Of a stretch of DNA of 64,000 nucleotides, positions 1 through 9,030 are shown one piece after another. The notes under the pieces were generated by a model, which ran no database searches, was not told the origin of the DNA, and was given only the letters and a program-made list of their open reading frames with translations. The first letter of the stretch is position 1. The number at the start of each line of letters is the position of its first letter. The DNA comes from Bacillota bacterium (GTDB lineage Bacteria > Bacillota > Clostridia > Acetivibrionales > JAMNXU01), in contig JAMNXU010000022.1 of the NCBI GenBank assembly GCA_023623175.1, positions 4,181 to 68,180 of the forward strand. Reading direction: 5' to 3'. Made by a program: the position numbers and the translations under genes.

Positions 1-81
1 GGTTCAGGTGAGATGAAACAGGGTCATGCGGGGTGCGTGAGACAGGGGACGGTTTGACAGGACAGTGAACCGTACCCTGTC

Positions 82-1122
82 CTAGCTGGCATGGGAAACA
101 AGATCCTTTGCATACCTGAATGTTTCCGCGAACAATATCATGTAAATTGTATATATTTGCTCCGCTTTATACCGATTTTCAATATCCAGTCCCTGATTGG
201 ATTCATATGTAATGCTTACTTCTCCGTTAATATGCGAGCAGGCGGACACTAAATTAAAGGACTGGGGGGGATAAGCGCCGTTGTCGGCCTTTTCTTCACA
301 GACTTCAAACAGCTCGCCACAGCCTTTGTCTTCGGCAGCCTTTTTTACCCTCAGAGCCAGCTCGTAAATTCTCTTGTTCAAATGTTCCGGCACATAGTTG
401 GTTTGCAGGAATTTAGAAGTAGTATTGGCACCGCCGTGCAGATGGAGGGTCACGTCGGGCACCCGCTCGTCGCACAGCTTCAATAGCGCTTTTGTTTCTT
501 CTGCCATTGGGAAAAAGAAGTTGTCGTGCATGAGGTTTACACCGTCATCATTAAAATAACTTCCAAGGAAATCAACATAATCCTTGATTGGATGCTTTGC
601 CTTGCAATCAGGCCATTCGCAAAGGGAGCCGTCCTTCCAGGTTCCCTGGCTGTAATATCGGAAGGTTTTATAATCTTTGCCCAAAAATGAGTCAAAGGGA
701 ACCCTGGCTCTGCCGTCGACGTTCAGGCAGGGTATTAAAAGAAGATTTATACCCCTGGCTGCATCCAGTATATCGTGATTTTCATTGCCGGCCAGATCCT
801 TTCCCGTTTCTAAAAGGCTGATCAGATTGAGGATTGCAACGGTCCCTTCAAACTCTCCGCCATGAATTGCTCCAACCAGCAAAACCGTCGGGATATAACC
901 CGGTGTGGACTTGTCTGCGTAGTATTTTGGGTTCAGGGCGCCGGCAGCAGAACTGTAGTTGGCATTATGCCGGATATAGTTTCTATTGCCGTATTCAATT
1001 AGATAGATGTTGCGTTTGCCTGCAGACCGGCATAGTATCTCCGCTTTTCCTCTCTGCAGGGTTCTTACTGCATTTTCAATATCATGCAGGCTTCCTTTCC
1101 AAAAAACCGGCGTGCTCATCAT
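82..1122 (-). CDS. M14-type zinc carboxypeptidase-like protein
   Basis: 346-aa ORF. It has an HxxE zinc motif (AIHGGEFEG), then LNVDGR, and a later HLHGG, as in M14 or succinylglutamate-desuccinylase-type metallopeptidases. Assigned from motifs only. Confidence 0.55.
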   Translation of the reverse strand: MMSTPVFWKGSLHDIENAVRTLQRGKAEILCRSAGKRNIYLIEYGNRNYIRHNANYSSAAGALNPKYYADKSTPGYIPTVLLVGAIHGGEFEGTVAILNLISLLETGKDLAGNENHDILDAARGINLLLIPCLNVDGRARVPFDSFLGKDYKTFRYYSQGTWKDGSLCEWPDCKAKHPIKDYVDFLGSYFNDDGVNLMHDNFFFPMAEETKALLKLCDERVPDVTLHLHGGANTTSKFLQTNYVPEHLNKRIYELALRVKKAAEDKGCGELFEVCEEKADNGAYPPQSFNLVSACSHINGEVSITYESNQGLDIENRYKAEQIYTIYMILFAETFRYAKDLVSHAS

Positions 1123-1718
1123 GCCCTCTCCTTTTTCGAATGATGAAAGGGTTGTGTACTGCTGAACAACTATATTTTGACAAACAATGCTCTTTAATTA
1201 TTACCGGATTTTTCTTTAACAGATATTCTAACATATTACTTAAACCCGACACCATATTTTATATGGAAAAATTGCTTAATTTCCTTTAATGCTCTTCTCT
1301 ATTTTACCTGGCGGACAAACTCAGTGTAAGTGACAAGCCTGTTATCCTGAAGGAAATGCCGAGGCAAGATTTAAGCAGGAGCCGTTTGCTGATTTTTATT
1401 GTAGCCGGCAATGTAAATCTTATTAGCAAATTCTATAACAAATCTTAAACATTAATCCTAAATATAAATTCTAAATACAAATTTTAAATAAAATTTAAAT
1501 AAATCATGTTAATATATGAATGTGGGATGATTAAGTGAAAAAATATTCCTTAATGAAACAAAGAAATTGACTCGATTGATCTGAAATGTCTCGTTGTCTG
1601 CACGGGAGTAATGGCTGCCGGAGTAGCAGAATTATTCCGGGCTAATGCAGTCCTGTTCCTGCACGGATGAAAATATTGGATGGAGTATGAATGAATAAAC
1701 CTGCCAGGGAGGCACGGT

Positions 1719-2213
1719 ATGATCAGGGAAATATTGAAACTGGGCAATCCCGAATTGTACGAAAAAAGCGTTGAAGTTACAGATGCGGATATTCCGCTTC
1801 TTGATTCGTGGATTACTGATTTGCATGATACGCTTTTGGACTACAGAAAACGGTATGGCGCGGGCAGGGCGATAGCAGCTCCTCAAATAGGTGTTAAAAA
1901 GCGCCTTGTATATATGCTAACCGACAAGCAGTATGTTTTTATCAATCCCGTACTGGAGTTTCCCGATGATGAAATGTACGAGGTTCTCGATGACTGTATG
2001 TCCTTTCCGGGGTTATGTGTCAGGGTTATGCGTTATAAACGCGCGATAATACGGTACAAAGACAGGGATATGAAACCTCAAAGCATGTTTTTGGAAGGAG
2101 ATTATTCGGAACTGCTTCAGCATGAATGTGACCACCTCGATGGAATATTGGCCACAATGAGGGCTGTCGACAACAAGGCCTTTATAATGATGGAGATGAA
2201 AAGGCAATTTTAG
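1719..2213 (+). CDS. def: peptide deformylase
   Basis: 164 aa with the three deformylase motifs: AAPQIGV, a CMSFPG variant of EGCLS, and HECDHLDG. An AGGGAGG RBS lies 6 nt upstream of the ATG. Confidence 0.9.
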   Translation: MIREILKLGNPELYEKSVEVTDADIPLLDSWITDLHDTLLDYRKRYGAGRAIAAPQIGVKKRLVYMLTDKQYVFINPVLEFPDDEMYEVLDDCMSFPGLCVRVMRYKRAIIRYKDRDMKPQSMFLEGDYSELLQHECDHLDGILATMRAVDNKAFIMMEMKRQF

Positions 2214-2228
2214 TTAGAGAGCTGTTTT

Positions 2229-2459
2229 ATGTCCCGTGAACTGGGGTAAAAACCGTCTGCGTGTTTCAGGTATGTCGGCATGTCCGTGCGAATCCGGACA
2301 AATGAACTATACCCGTGTCCCTGCCGGAATGTTCATGTAAGTTGGGACAAGAGAACCGTCCCCGTGTCCCGGTTGGGACAAGAGAACCGTCCCCGTGTCC
2401 CGGTTGGGACAAGAGAACCGTCCCCCTGTCCCGGGAGAGACGTCCCCGTGTACCGGGGG
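2229..2459. repeat. cluster of the dispersed 27-nt palindromic repeat (three tandem 31-bp periods plus degenerate copies)
   Basis: GGGACAAGAGAACCGTCCCCGTGTCCC occurs at 2344-2370 and 2375-2401, and at 2406-2432 with one mismatch. Degenerate copies flank these. The cluster lies between the convergent def and cupin genes. Confidence 0.9.
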
Positions 2460-3050
2460 CTAATGCTCGGCGGCTTCGGCGTCGGCTTTTGTTGCGTGGA
2501 CGGTGCCGAAGGGATGTTGAGGCGGAGCATATATGGAATATAGCTTCAGCGGCCTGTTGCCCGTGTTGATCAGGTTATGCCATTTGCCCGCGGGAATAAC
2601 GATTATGAAGCCGTCGCGGACCATGGCCTGAAAATCCAGCTTGTCTTTTGAATCGCCCATCCTGACAAGTCCCTGTCCTTCCTCGATGCGAATGAATTGA
2701 TCGAGGTTCGGGTGAACTTCCAGGCCGATATCTTCTCCGACTTTGAGGCTCATCAGTGTGACCTGCAGATGTTTTCCTGTCCACAGGGCAAGCCGGAAGT
2801 TGTCGTTTTCTTCAGTGGCATCCTCAATATTGACGACGAACGGGTTGGGACCATAATCTCTTAATATTATTGGATTATTGGTTTTAAAATGTTGCATATG
2901 TGGTAGATATTGGTCAGGCATCCGATTATATAAATCTGCATTAACAATTGAATAATCAACCAGGAAGGGACACCGGAAAGAGCTATATAAACTATGCAAC
3001 GGGATATTGACGCTGTAAGGATACTGGTACATATATGCAGTATTGTTCAT
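2460..3050 (-). CDS. cupin domain protein
   Basis: The C-terminal cupin core includes GEDIGLEVHP, RIEEGQG and IPAGKWHNLINTG. I prefer the start at 3050 (MNNTAY) because GAAAGGA lies 8 nt upstream. The ORF track extends to 3116. Confidence 0.6.
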   Translation of the reverse strand: MNNTAYMYQYPYSVNIPLHSLYSSFRCPFLVDYSIVNADLYNRMPDQYLPHMQHFKTNNPIILRDYGPNPFVVNIEDATEENDNFRLALWTGKHLQVTLMSLKVGEDIGLEVHPNLDQFIRIEEGQGLVRMGDSKDKLDFQAMVRDGFIIVIPAGKWHNLINTGNRPLKLYSIYAPPQHPFGTVHATKADAEAAEH

Positions 3051-3288
3051 GTCTTTCATCCTTTCTGATGAAGCGGTTAATTTGAGGGTTACTTTGAGCA
3101 TGTTGACGAAACCCAATGGCGCTTGGGCGTTCGCATTAATATAATATGCTTTATGTTAAGGGGGTGTTCCATAACTCTATAAACGTGCGTTTAAAGAATT
3201 ATTGAAGAATAACCATTTTTTTGATACAATTCATCTGAAATCGACAATATGTTTACATTAATTTCTTGAAATTAATGGGGTAGGAGAT

Positions 3289-5439
3289 ATGAAAAAGATA
3301 AGCTCAAGAATTATTTTATTGCTCGGAATTCTGTTGTTCTTCGTATGTTCCGGTCTTGGTCTGGTAGCTTACATAACATCCAACAATTCACTGGTTGGCG
3401 TTTTGGAAGAAACCATGCCGAAAGTCGCCGTGGAGGCGTCAACTACCATAGAAGACGGAATACAAAACCACCTAAATACATTAAATATTATAGCATCGCT
3501 GGACAGCATGAAAATACTCAATGAGCCCGGGGCCAATCTTTCCGGCATCAGGGCTGTGTTGTCCAATGAAGCAAAACGGTCCGGTCACAAGCAAATGGTG
3601 ATTGTAAACAGAAACGGAAAGGCGTTGTTTAATGACGGCAAAACCGCGGACCTGAGCAATAATGCCATTTTCACGAGAGTGATGTCGGGCGAGGAATTTG
3701 TCACGGAACCGGCGCTCGATATCGAAGGAACGGATATTGTAATGATATATGCCGTTCCTGTAAGAATTGACGGCAAGATTGCCGGCGCGCTGATGGCTGT
3801 CAGAGACGGTCTCGAGCTCAGCGATTTTGCGGGAAGAATCAAGTTCGGAAAGACCGGGGAAGCCTTTATCATAAATGCACAGGGACGGACTATCGCTCAT
3901 TCAAACAAGGATCTCCTAATGAATATCATAAACGCAGCAAGATCTAAAGCTGCCGATGATGCTGCCGGTACCGGCCCGGCTGACGGGCTGACCTCGGCAA
4001 CCGTTTCATCCTCATCGGCCGATGCCGTATCGTCCGCAACAGTTTCAGGTGACGAAGGCAATGAAGCAGGAGACTCCCAAACGGCAAGCGTGGCCATGAA
4101 GGTCGGATTTGAAGGTTTTGCCGAAGTGCAAAAGCAAATGACCGAGGGAAAAACCGGGTTCGGAGAATATAAATACCACGGCGTTTCCAAGGTTGCGGGA
4201 TTTGCACCGTTTGAAAAGTATGGATGGTCCATTGCGGTTTCCGTTGACAGGAGTGAAATGCTGTCAGGTTTGGACGAACTTCAGAGAGCTTTTATAATAA
4301 TTTCCGCCATGTTCCTGCTCGCAGGACTGGTGGTTGCGTACATCATGGGCAAGGGCATTTCCAGGCCGATTATATATCTTTCGAAAGAATGCAGCGTAAT
4401 GGCCAACGGAGACTTCTCCAGGGTGATGGGAGATAAATACACGAAGAGACGCGATGAAATAGGAGAACTGGCCAGGGCTTTTAATAACATAAATGTAAAT
4501 GTTTCAAGGATAATTCGAAATGTAATTGATGAAACGGGCAGCGTGGTAAAAGCGATTAAGAACGTTGATGACAACATGTTCTCGCTGAATTCCCAGATTG
4601 ATTACATGTCCGGCATAATCGGAAAGCTGTCCTCAAAAATGCAGGAGAATTCGGCAACAGCTGAGGAAATGAACGCAACGACCATGGCAATTGAAGGAGC
4701 CATCGATTCCATTGCCAATGAATCGCAGCACAGCGCCAAAACAGCCGTTGAAGTCAGCAGGAGGGCTGAGGATCTTAAATCCACTGCTGTGGATTCCCAA
4801 AAGAAGGCGCAGGAGATCCGTGCAGATGTGGCGGAAAAACTGAGAAAAGCCATAGAGCAGGCAAAATCCGTTGAAAGGATCCAGGTATTGTCCGATGCAA
4901 TCCTGGCCATAGCGTCAAAGACAAACCTGCTTGCGCTGAACGCTGCTATTGAGGCATCTCACGCCGGAAGCGCGGGCACGGGTTTTGCCGTTGTTGCGTC
5001 AGAAATAAAGAGCCTGGCAGAAAGTTCAAAAGAGACTGTCAATGAGATCCTGGAAGTTACGAAACTGATAACGGAGTCGGTGAAAATTCTTTCCAACAGC
5101 GCTGAGCAGGTCCTGGCATTCCTCGAGGACAGGGTTGTGAAGGATTATGACATGCTCGTTGTTGCCGGAGAGCAATACAATAACGATGCGCAGATGCTCA
5201 GCGAAATGGTGGCAAACTTAAGCGCAACGACGGAAGAATTGTCAGCTGCGATCCAGAACATGGCAAAAGCAATTAACGATGTGGCCGTAGCTTCGGAACA
5301 GGGTGCGATAGAGACTACGGACCTGGCTTCGGAAGCCGAGATTATAGTCAGAAGAACCAGGGAAGTTTTGCAGAAAACCAACGAGGTCAACAGGAGCGCC
5401 GAAAGGCTGATGGAGCTCGTGTCGATATTTAAAGTGTAA
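3289..5439 (+). CDS. methyl-accepting chemotaxis protein (Cache-type sensor, HAMP, MA domain)
   Basis: 716 aa with an N-terminal TM segment, a periplasmic sensor region, a second TM segment, and a HAMP region ([13 protein letters not shown]). It carries the highly conserved signalling hairpin [32 protein letters not shown]. Confidence 0.9.
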   Translation: MKKISSRIILLLGILLFFVCSGLGLVAYITSNNSLVGVLEETMPKVAVEASTTIEDGIQNHLNTLNIIASLDSMKILNEPGANLSGIRAVLSNEAKRSGHKQMVIVNRNGKALFNDGKTADLSNNAIFTRVMSGEEFVTEPALDIEGTDIVMIYAVPVRIDGKIAGALMAVRDGLELSDFAGRIKFGKTGEAFIINAQGRTIAHSNKDLLMNIINAARSKAADDAAGTGPADGLTSATVSSSSADAVSSATVSGDEGNEAGDSQTASVAMKVGFEGFAEVQKQMTEGKTGFGEYKYHGVSKVAGFAPFEKYGWSIAVSVDRSEMLSGLDELQRAFIIISAMFLLAGLVVAYIMGKGISRPIIYLSKECSVMANGDFSRVMGDKYTKRRDEIGELARAFNNINVNVSRIIRNVIDETGSVVKAIKNVDDNMFSLNSQIDYMSGIIGKLSSKMQENSATAEEMNATTMAIEGAIDSIANESQHSAKTAVEVSRRAEDLKSTAVDSQKKAQEIRADVAEKLRKAIEQAKSVERIQVLSDAILAIASKTNLLALNAAIEASHAGSAGTGFAVVASEIKSLAESSKETVNEILEVTKLITESVKILSNSAEQVLAFLEDRVVKDYDMLVVAGEQYNNDAQMLSEMVANLSATTEELSAAIQNMAKAINDVAVASEQGAIETTDLASEAEIIVRRTREVLQKTNEVNRSAERLMELVSIFKV

Positions 5440-5464
5440 CAATAAGAGTCGTATTCGATGATGT

Positions 5465-5505
5465 GGCGCGCCGCTTGGTATTATATTGAGCGGCGCGTCG
5501 GTTTC
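5465..5505 (+). terminator. putative terminator hairpin after the MCP gene
   Basis: GGCGCGCCGC (5465-5474) pairs with GCGGCGCGTC (5490-5499), including one G-U pair, around a 15-nt loop. The U tract is weak. Confidence 0.4.
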
Positions 5506-5574
5506 CGGTACGGATGGCCGCTGTTGCGACCCAGGCGTTATAATAGGTCGGTTTCCATTTTAGGGGGGATGGAA

Positions 5575-6276
5575 ATGGAAAAGTGCCTGTTATCAATTGA
5601 TTGGGATTATTTTGTCCGTACGGAAAAAGGCAATTGGGGATCCTTCCTGGAAAACGGCAGCAGCGTCACGGATCTCTGGTACAAAAGGTATATCCAGGAG
5701 AAGATGAAGGGAAAGGACATTCAAAAATCCTTCAAACTGTCGCCTGAATTGAACGTGTTCTGGGAGAAAATCAGCAGATGTTTCAAAATAACAAAAGACT
5801 CAAAGATTTATGTTTCAGATTCCCATGCCCTGTCCTATGATATAGCGAAAAAATATGACCTGAAAACGGTATGCCTTTTTGATTCCCATGCCGACCTCGG
5901 GTACGGCGGACTTTCATCTCTCAATTTCGAGGTCAACTGTTCCAACTGGCTTGGCAAGCTGCTGAAGGAACGCCAGATCAGCGAGGCCTGTATTTTTTAC
6001 AGTGCCCATACGGAAGAAAAACCAGAGTATTTTAAAGCAATGAATGATATTTTCAACATTGGGTATTTCAAATTGGAAAACTTCAATAAAAATTACAGCG
6101 TGCCGGTAATCCATGTGTGCCGGTCCGGCGCGTGGACTCCTCCATGGTTTGATGTTAAATTTATCCAGTTCGTAAAAGCATTGGGGATTCCCGGCGAGAT
6201 CGTCAGCTGTCCTGCACGAAAATGGAACCCATCCTCTCTTAGTTTTTCGGATCAGATTAATTATCTGCTGGCATGA
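5575..6276 (+). CDS. hypothetical protein, possibly arginase/deacetylase-like fold
   Basis: The ORF track starts at 5458, but that start runs through the terminator hairpin. AGGGGGG precedes the ATGs at 5569 and 5575. The SIDWDYF and DSHADLGYGG motifs faintly recall ureohydrolase-fold metal sites. Confidence 0.4.
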   Translation: MEKCLLSIDWDYFVRTEKGNWGSFLENGSSVTDLWYKRYIQEKMKGKDIQKSFKLSPELNVFWEKISRCFKITKDSKIYVSDSHALSYDIAKKYDLKTVCLFDSHADLGYGGLSSLNFEVNCSNWLGKLLKERQISEACIFYSAHTEEKPEYFKAMNDIFNIGYFKLENFNKNYSVPVIHVCRSGAWTPPWFDVKFIQFVKALGIPGEIVSCPARKWNPSSLSFSDQINYLLA

Positions 6277-6485
6277 TGGGCTGCCGGTAAGATAATTTAT
6301 GAAAGAGCCCGATTCTCCACGCTTTTTTACCTTTAATACTCCTCCTATTTTTGTTAAAGCGCATTAACCAATGATAACGCAGGTTACACGTAGGTTGAAT
6401 TTTACATTACTCTATCAAATCATTGACTTATGTTTAGCCCGTCAAATCGTAAATAAACCGGCAGCAGATAAAGGAAAATAAATCG

Positions 6486-6514
6486 TTGACGGTTAACAAG
6501 TTAATAATTATAAT
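6486..6514 (+). promoter_or_regulatory. sigma-A type promoter (TTGACG-17-TATAAT) for the marR-ABC operon
   Basis: TTGACG lies at 6486-6491, followed by an exact 17-nt spacer and TATAAT at 6509-6514. Confidence 0.55.
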
Positions 6515-6516
6515 AC

Positions 6517-6533
6517 TAACTATTAGATAGTTA
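6517..6533. promoter_or_regulatory. perfect palindrome TAACTAT-TAG-ATAGTTA, candidate MarR operator
   Basis: This 7-3-7 perfect inverted repeat starts 3 nt after the -10 element, so a bound repressor would block initiation. Confidence 0.45.
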
Positions 6534-6660
6534 ATCGTTATAGAATTAACTGTTATAAAATTAATTATATAAAGTTAATTATAAGGCTTATAAGCTTATT
6601 GCTTTAGCTTGATTGCCAGAAAGCTAATTTAATAAAGCTAATTAATAAAATTTTGCCGCG

Positions 6661-7254
6661 ATGATTCCGTTGGAAGGGTGTGATACCAGAATGAAAGGCA
6701 ATCCTGAGAATATTCCGGAAAGCATTCCGGATAATATCCGGGGAAACATGCCGGAAAATTTTCCGAAAAATTGCCTGCCAAGCATTCCCCCGGGTATGAT
6801 GCTCAACAGGCATATTATTCACCAGCTGATCGGTTTCGCAATCAAACACAGGAAAATCATGCAGGGTTTTCTCGATGAAACGGGGGTTTTTCAAGCGCAG
6901 CATCGCCTGCTCATGGAGATTTTCCGCAACAGGAGCGCATCGCAGAGCGAACTCGCCAAAATCATGGGCATATCCGCCGCGTCGGTGGCGGTATCGCTAA
7001 AGAAACTGGAAAAAGGAGGCTATATCCAGAGAGAAGTAGACGAGGGAGACAACCGGTACAATCAAATTGCCCTGACCGAGAAAGGGCAAAAGGTAGTTGA
7101 AAGAAGCAGGGAGATTTTCGAACTAACCGATCGCAAGGTTCTCGAAGGATTTACCGATGAAGAGAAGCGTACTCTGTCCATTTTGATGGATAAGGTGCAT
7201 GTCAACCTGGATAAAATGGAAGAAGAAATAAAGAATATTGGCGCCCGGAAATGA
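6661..7254 (+). CDS. MarR family transcriptional regulator
   Basis: The winged-helix core reads SQSELAKIMGISAASVAVSLKKLEKGGYIQREVDEGDNRYNQIALTEKG. The start is uncertain: ATG at 6661, 6691 or 6796. The last gives a canonical MarR of about 152 aa. Confidence 0.8.
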   Translation: MIPLEGCDTRMKGNPENIPESIPDNIRGNMPENFPKNCLPSIPPGMMLNRHIIHQLIGFAIKHRKIMQGFLDETGVFQAQHRLLMEIFRNRSASQSELAKIMGISAASVAVSLKKLEKGGYIQREVDEGDNRYNQIALTEKGQKVVERSREIFELTDRKVLEGFTDEEKRTLSILMDKVHVNLDKMEEEIKNIGARK

Positions 7255-7293
7255 AACAGCAGAAAGATAATAAGAAATGAAAGGACATAAAGT

Positions 7294-9030
7294 ATGAAAA
7301 GGTATTGGAAATATATCAAACCCTATCTGCCCGCCTTTATTATCGGGCCGATTCTTATGATCGTGGAAGTTATCGGTGAAGTGACGATGCCCTTCCTGCT
7401 GAGCAAAATTATTGACAATGGCGTAAACGGAGGCAGGGGCATTGCCTATATCGTAGCAATGGGCGTAACAATGGTTGTCACTGCCCTGTGCATGATGGGG
7501 GGCGGCATTGGAGGAGCCTATTTTGCCATTAAGGCATCCACGGGATTCGCCAATGATTTGAGAAAGGATCTTTTTAACAAAATACAGGAATTTTCCTTTA
7601 CCAATATTGATCAGTATAACACTGGTTCGCTCATTACGCGGCTGACGAATGATATAACGCAGGTGCAGAACATGATCCAGATGCTGATGAGAATGGCGCT
7701 GCGGGCACCCGGAATGCTTATCAGCGCGCTCATCATGGCATTTACCCTGAATGCGGAGCTGGCGCTGGTTATTCTCTTCGTAATGCCGGTATTGGCGACA
7801 GCAATCTATTTTATTATGAAAATTGCGCTGCCGCGTTTCAGAAACATGCAGAAAAAACTGGACGCACTGAACAGCGTTACCCAGGAGAACCTGACCAACA
7901 TCAGGGTTGTAAAATCCTTTGTGCGTGAAGGCCATGAAGTGGAGAAGTTCGAGAAGGCCAACATGGACCTCAGGGAAACCACGATTAGGGCCATGAAGGT
8001 TGTTATTTTTGCGATGCCGGTCATGACAGCAGCCATGAATATTACAACACTCGCGGTGGTGTTTTTCGGTGGAAGGCAGGTAATAGAGGGCAGCATGACG
8101 ACCGGCGTGCTGATAGCTTTTGTGAACTATGTCATGCAGATCCTCATGTCGCTCATGATGGTATCCATGATTATCCTGAGCAGTTCCAGGGCCCTGGCGT
8201 CGGCCAGGCGCATTGATGAAGTACTCTGCACCACCATTGACCTGACCGATGAAAAGGCTTCGAAAAAGGATTTAAAAGTCCAGCGCGGCAAGGTCGAATT
8301 CAGGGGAGTTTACTTCAAATATTATAAAAACAATGAAAAATGGGTGCTTGAGGATATCAACCTTGTGATACAGCCGGGCGAGACCGTGGGAATCATAGGT
8401 TCGACGGGAAGCGGCAAATCAAGCCTGGTGCAGCTGATTCCGCGGTTATATGACGTGGACAGCGGGGAAGTGCTTGTTGACGATGTTAACGTCAGGGATT
8501 ATTCGCTCAGGAACCTGCGCAGCGGAGTGGGCATAGTGCTTCAGAACAACGTTTTGTTTTCAGGCAGTATCCTCGATAATCTCAAGTGGGGCGACGAAAA
8601 CGCCGATGAAGACGAAATTTTCCGCGCCGCGCAAAGTGCCCAGGCCCATGGCTTCATAACTTCATTCAGTAACGGCTACAATACCGAACTGGGACAGGGC
8701 GGCGTCAATGTTTCAGGAGGACAGAAGCAGCGACTGTGTATTGCGAGAACGCTTTTGAAAAAGCCCAAAATCCTGATCCTCGACGACAGTATGAGCGCCG
8801 TTGACACGGCTACCGAGGCAAGGATAAGGGAAAGCCTCAGAAAGGAGTTCAGAGGCACAACCAAGATTATAATTGCCCAAAGGATTTCATCGGTAATTGA
8901 AGCAGACAGGATAGTGGTCCTTGACAACGGCAAGATTGTCGGAGTGGGCACTCATGATGAACTAATGCAGAGCTGCGCGACTTATACGGAAATTTACTAC
9001 TCCCAGACGGACAAGAAGGTGACCGCATGA
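7294..9030 (+). CDS. ABC exporter, fused permease/ATPase subunit A
   Basis: 578 aa. A six-TM domain is followed by Walker A GSTGSGKSS, the signature VSGGQKQR and Walker B ILILDD. Confidence 0.9.
   Translation: MKRYWKYIKPYLPAFIIGPILMIVEVIGEVTMPFLLSKIIDNGVNGGRGIAYIVAMGVTMVVTALCMMGGGIGGAYFAIKASTGFANDLRKDLFNKIQEFSFTNIDQYNTGSLITRLTNDITQVQNMIQMLMRMALRAPGMLISALIMAFTLNAELALVILFVMPVLATAIYFIMKIALPRFRNMQKKLDALNSVTQENLTNIRVVKSFVREGHEVEKFEKANMDLRETTIRAMKVVIFAMPVMTAAMNITTLAVVFFGGRQVIEGSMTTGVLIAFVNYVMQILMSLMMVSMIILSSSRALASARRIDEVLCTTIDLTDEKASKKDLKVQRGKVEFRGVYFKYYKNNEKWVLEDINLVIQPGETVGIIGSTGSGKSSLVQLIPRLYDVDSGEVLVDDVNVRDYSLRNLRSGVGIVLQNNVLFSGSILDNLKWGDENADEDEIFRAAQSAQAHGFITSFSNGYNTELGQGGVNVSGGQKQRLCIARTLLKKPKILILDDSMSAVDTATEARIRESLRKEFRGTTKIIIAQRISSVIEADRIVVLDNGKIVGVGTHDELMQSCATYTEIYYSQTDKKVTA

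Noticed and set aside
2344-2432. CRISPR array interpretation of the 31-bp tandem repeats (and of the array at 61562-61754)
   Set aside because: The repeats are contiguous or degenerate, with no unique spacers of 25-40 nt. No cas genes or leader are present. The same unit is dispersed singly and in both orientations.
2280-2569. Three overlapping ORFs (2280-2543 +, 2315-2569 +, 2333-2530 -) encoding Pro/Arg/Val-rich peptides such as GQENRPRVPVGTREPSPCP
   Set aside because: They are translations of the tandem 27/31-nt repeat in all frames. They overlap one another and have no RBS. The periodic peptide simply mirrors the DNA repeat.
5458-5574. N-terminal 37-39 codons of the ORF 5458-6276
   Set aside because: They overlap the MCP terminator hairpin (Trp/Arg/Gly-rich translation of a GC stem). 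A G-rich RBS precedes the internal ATGs at 5569 and 5575.
7123-7935. 270-aa antisense ORF inside the first ABC exporter gene
   Set aside because: It is a shadow ORF opposite a gene with unambiguous ABC motifs. Its composition is His/Cys/Gln/Asn-rich with no recognisable domain and no RBS.
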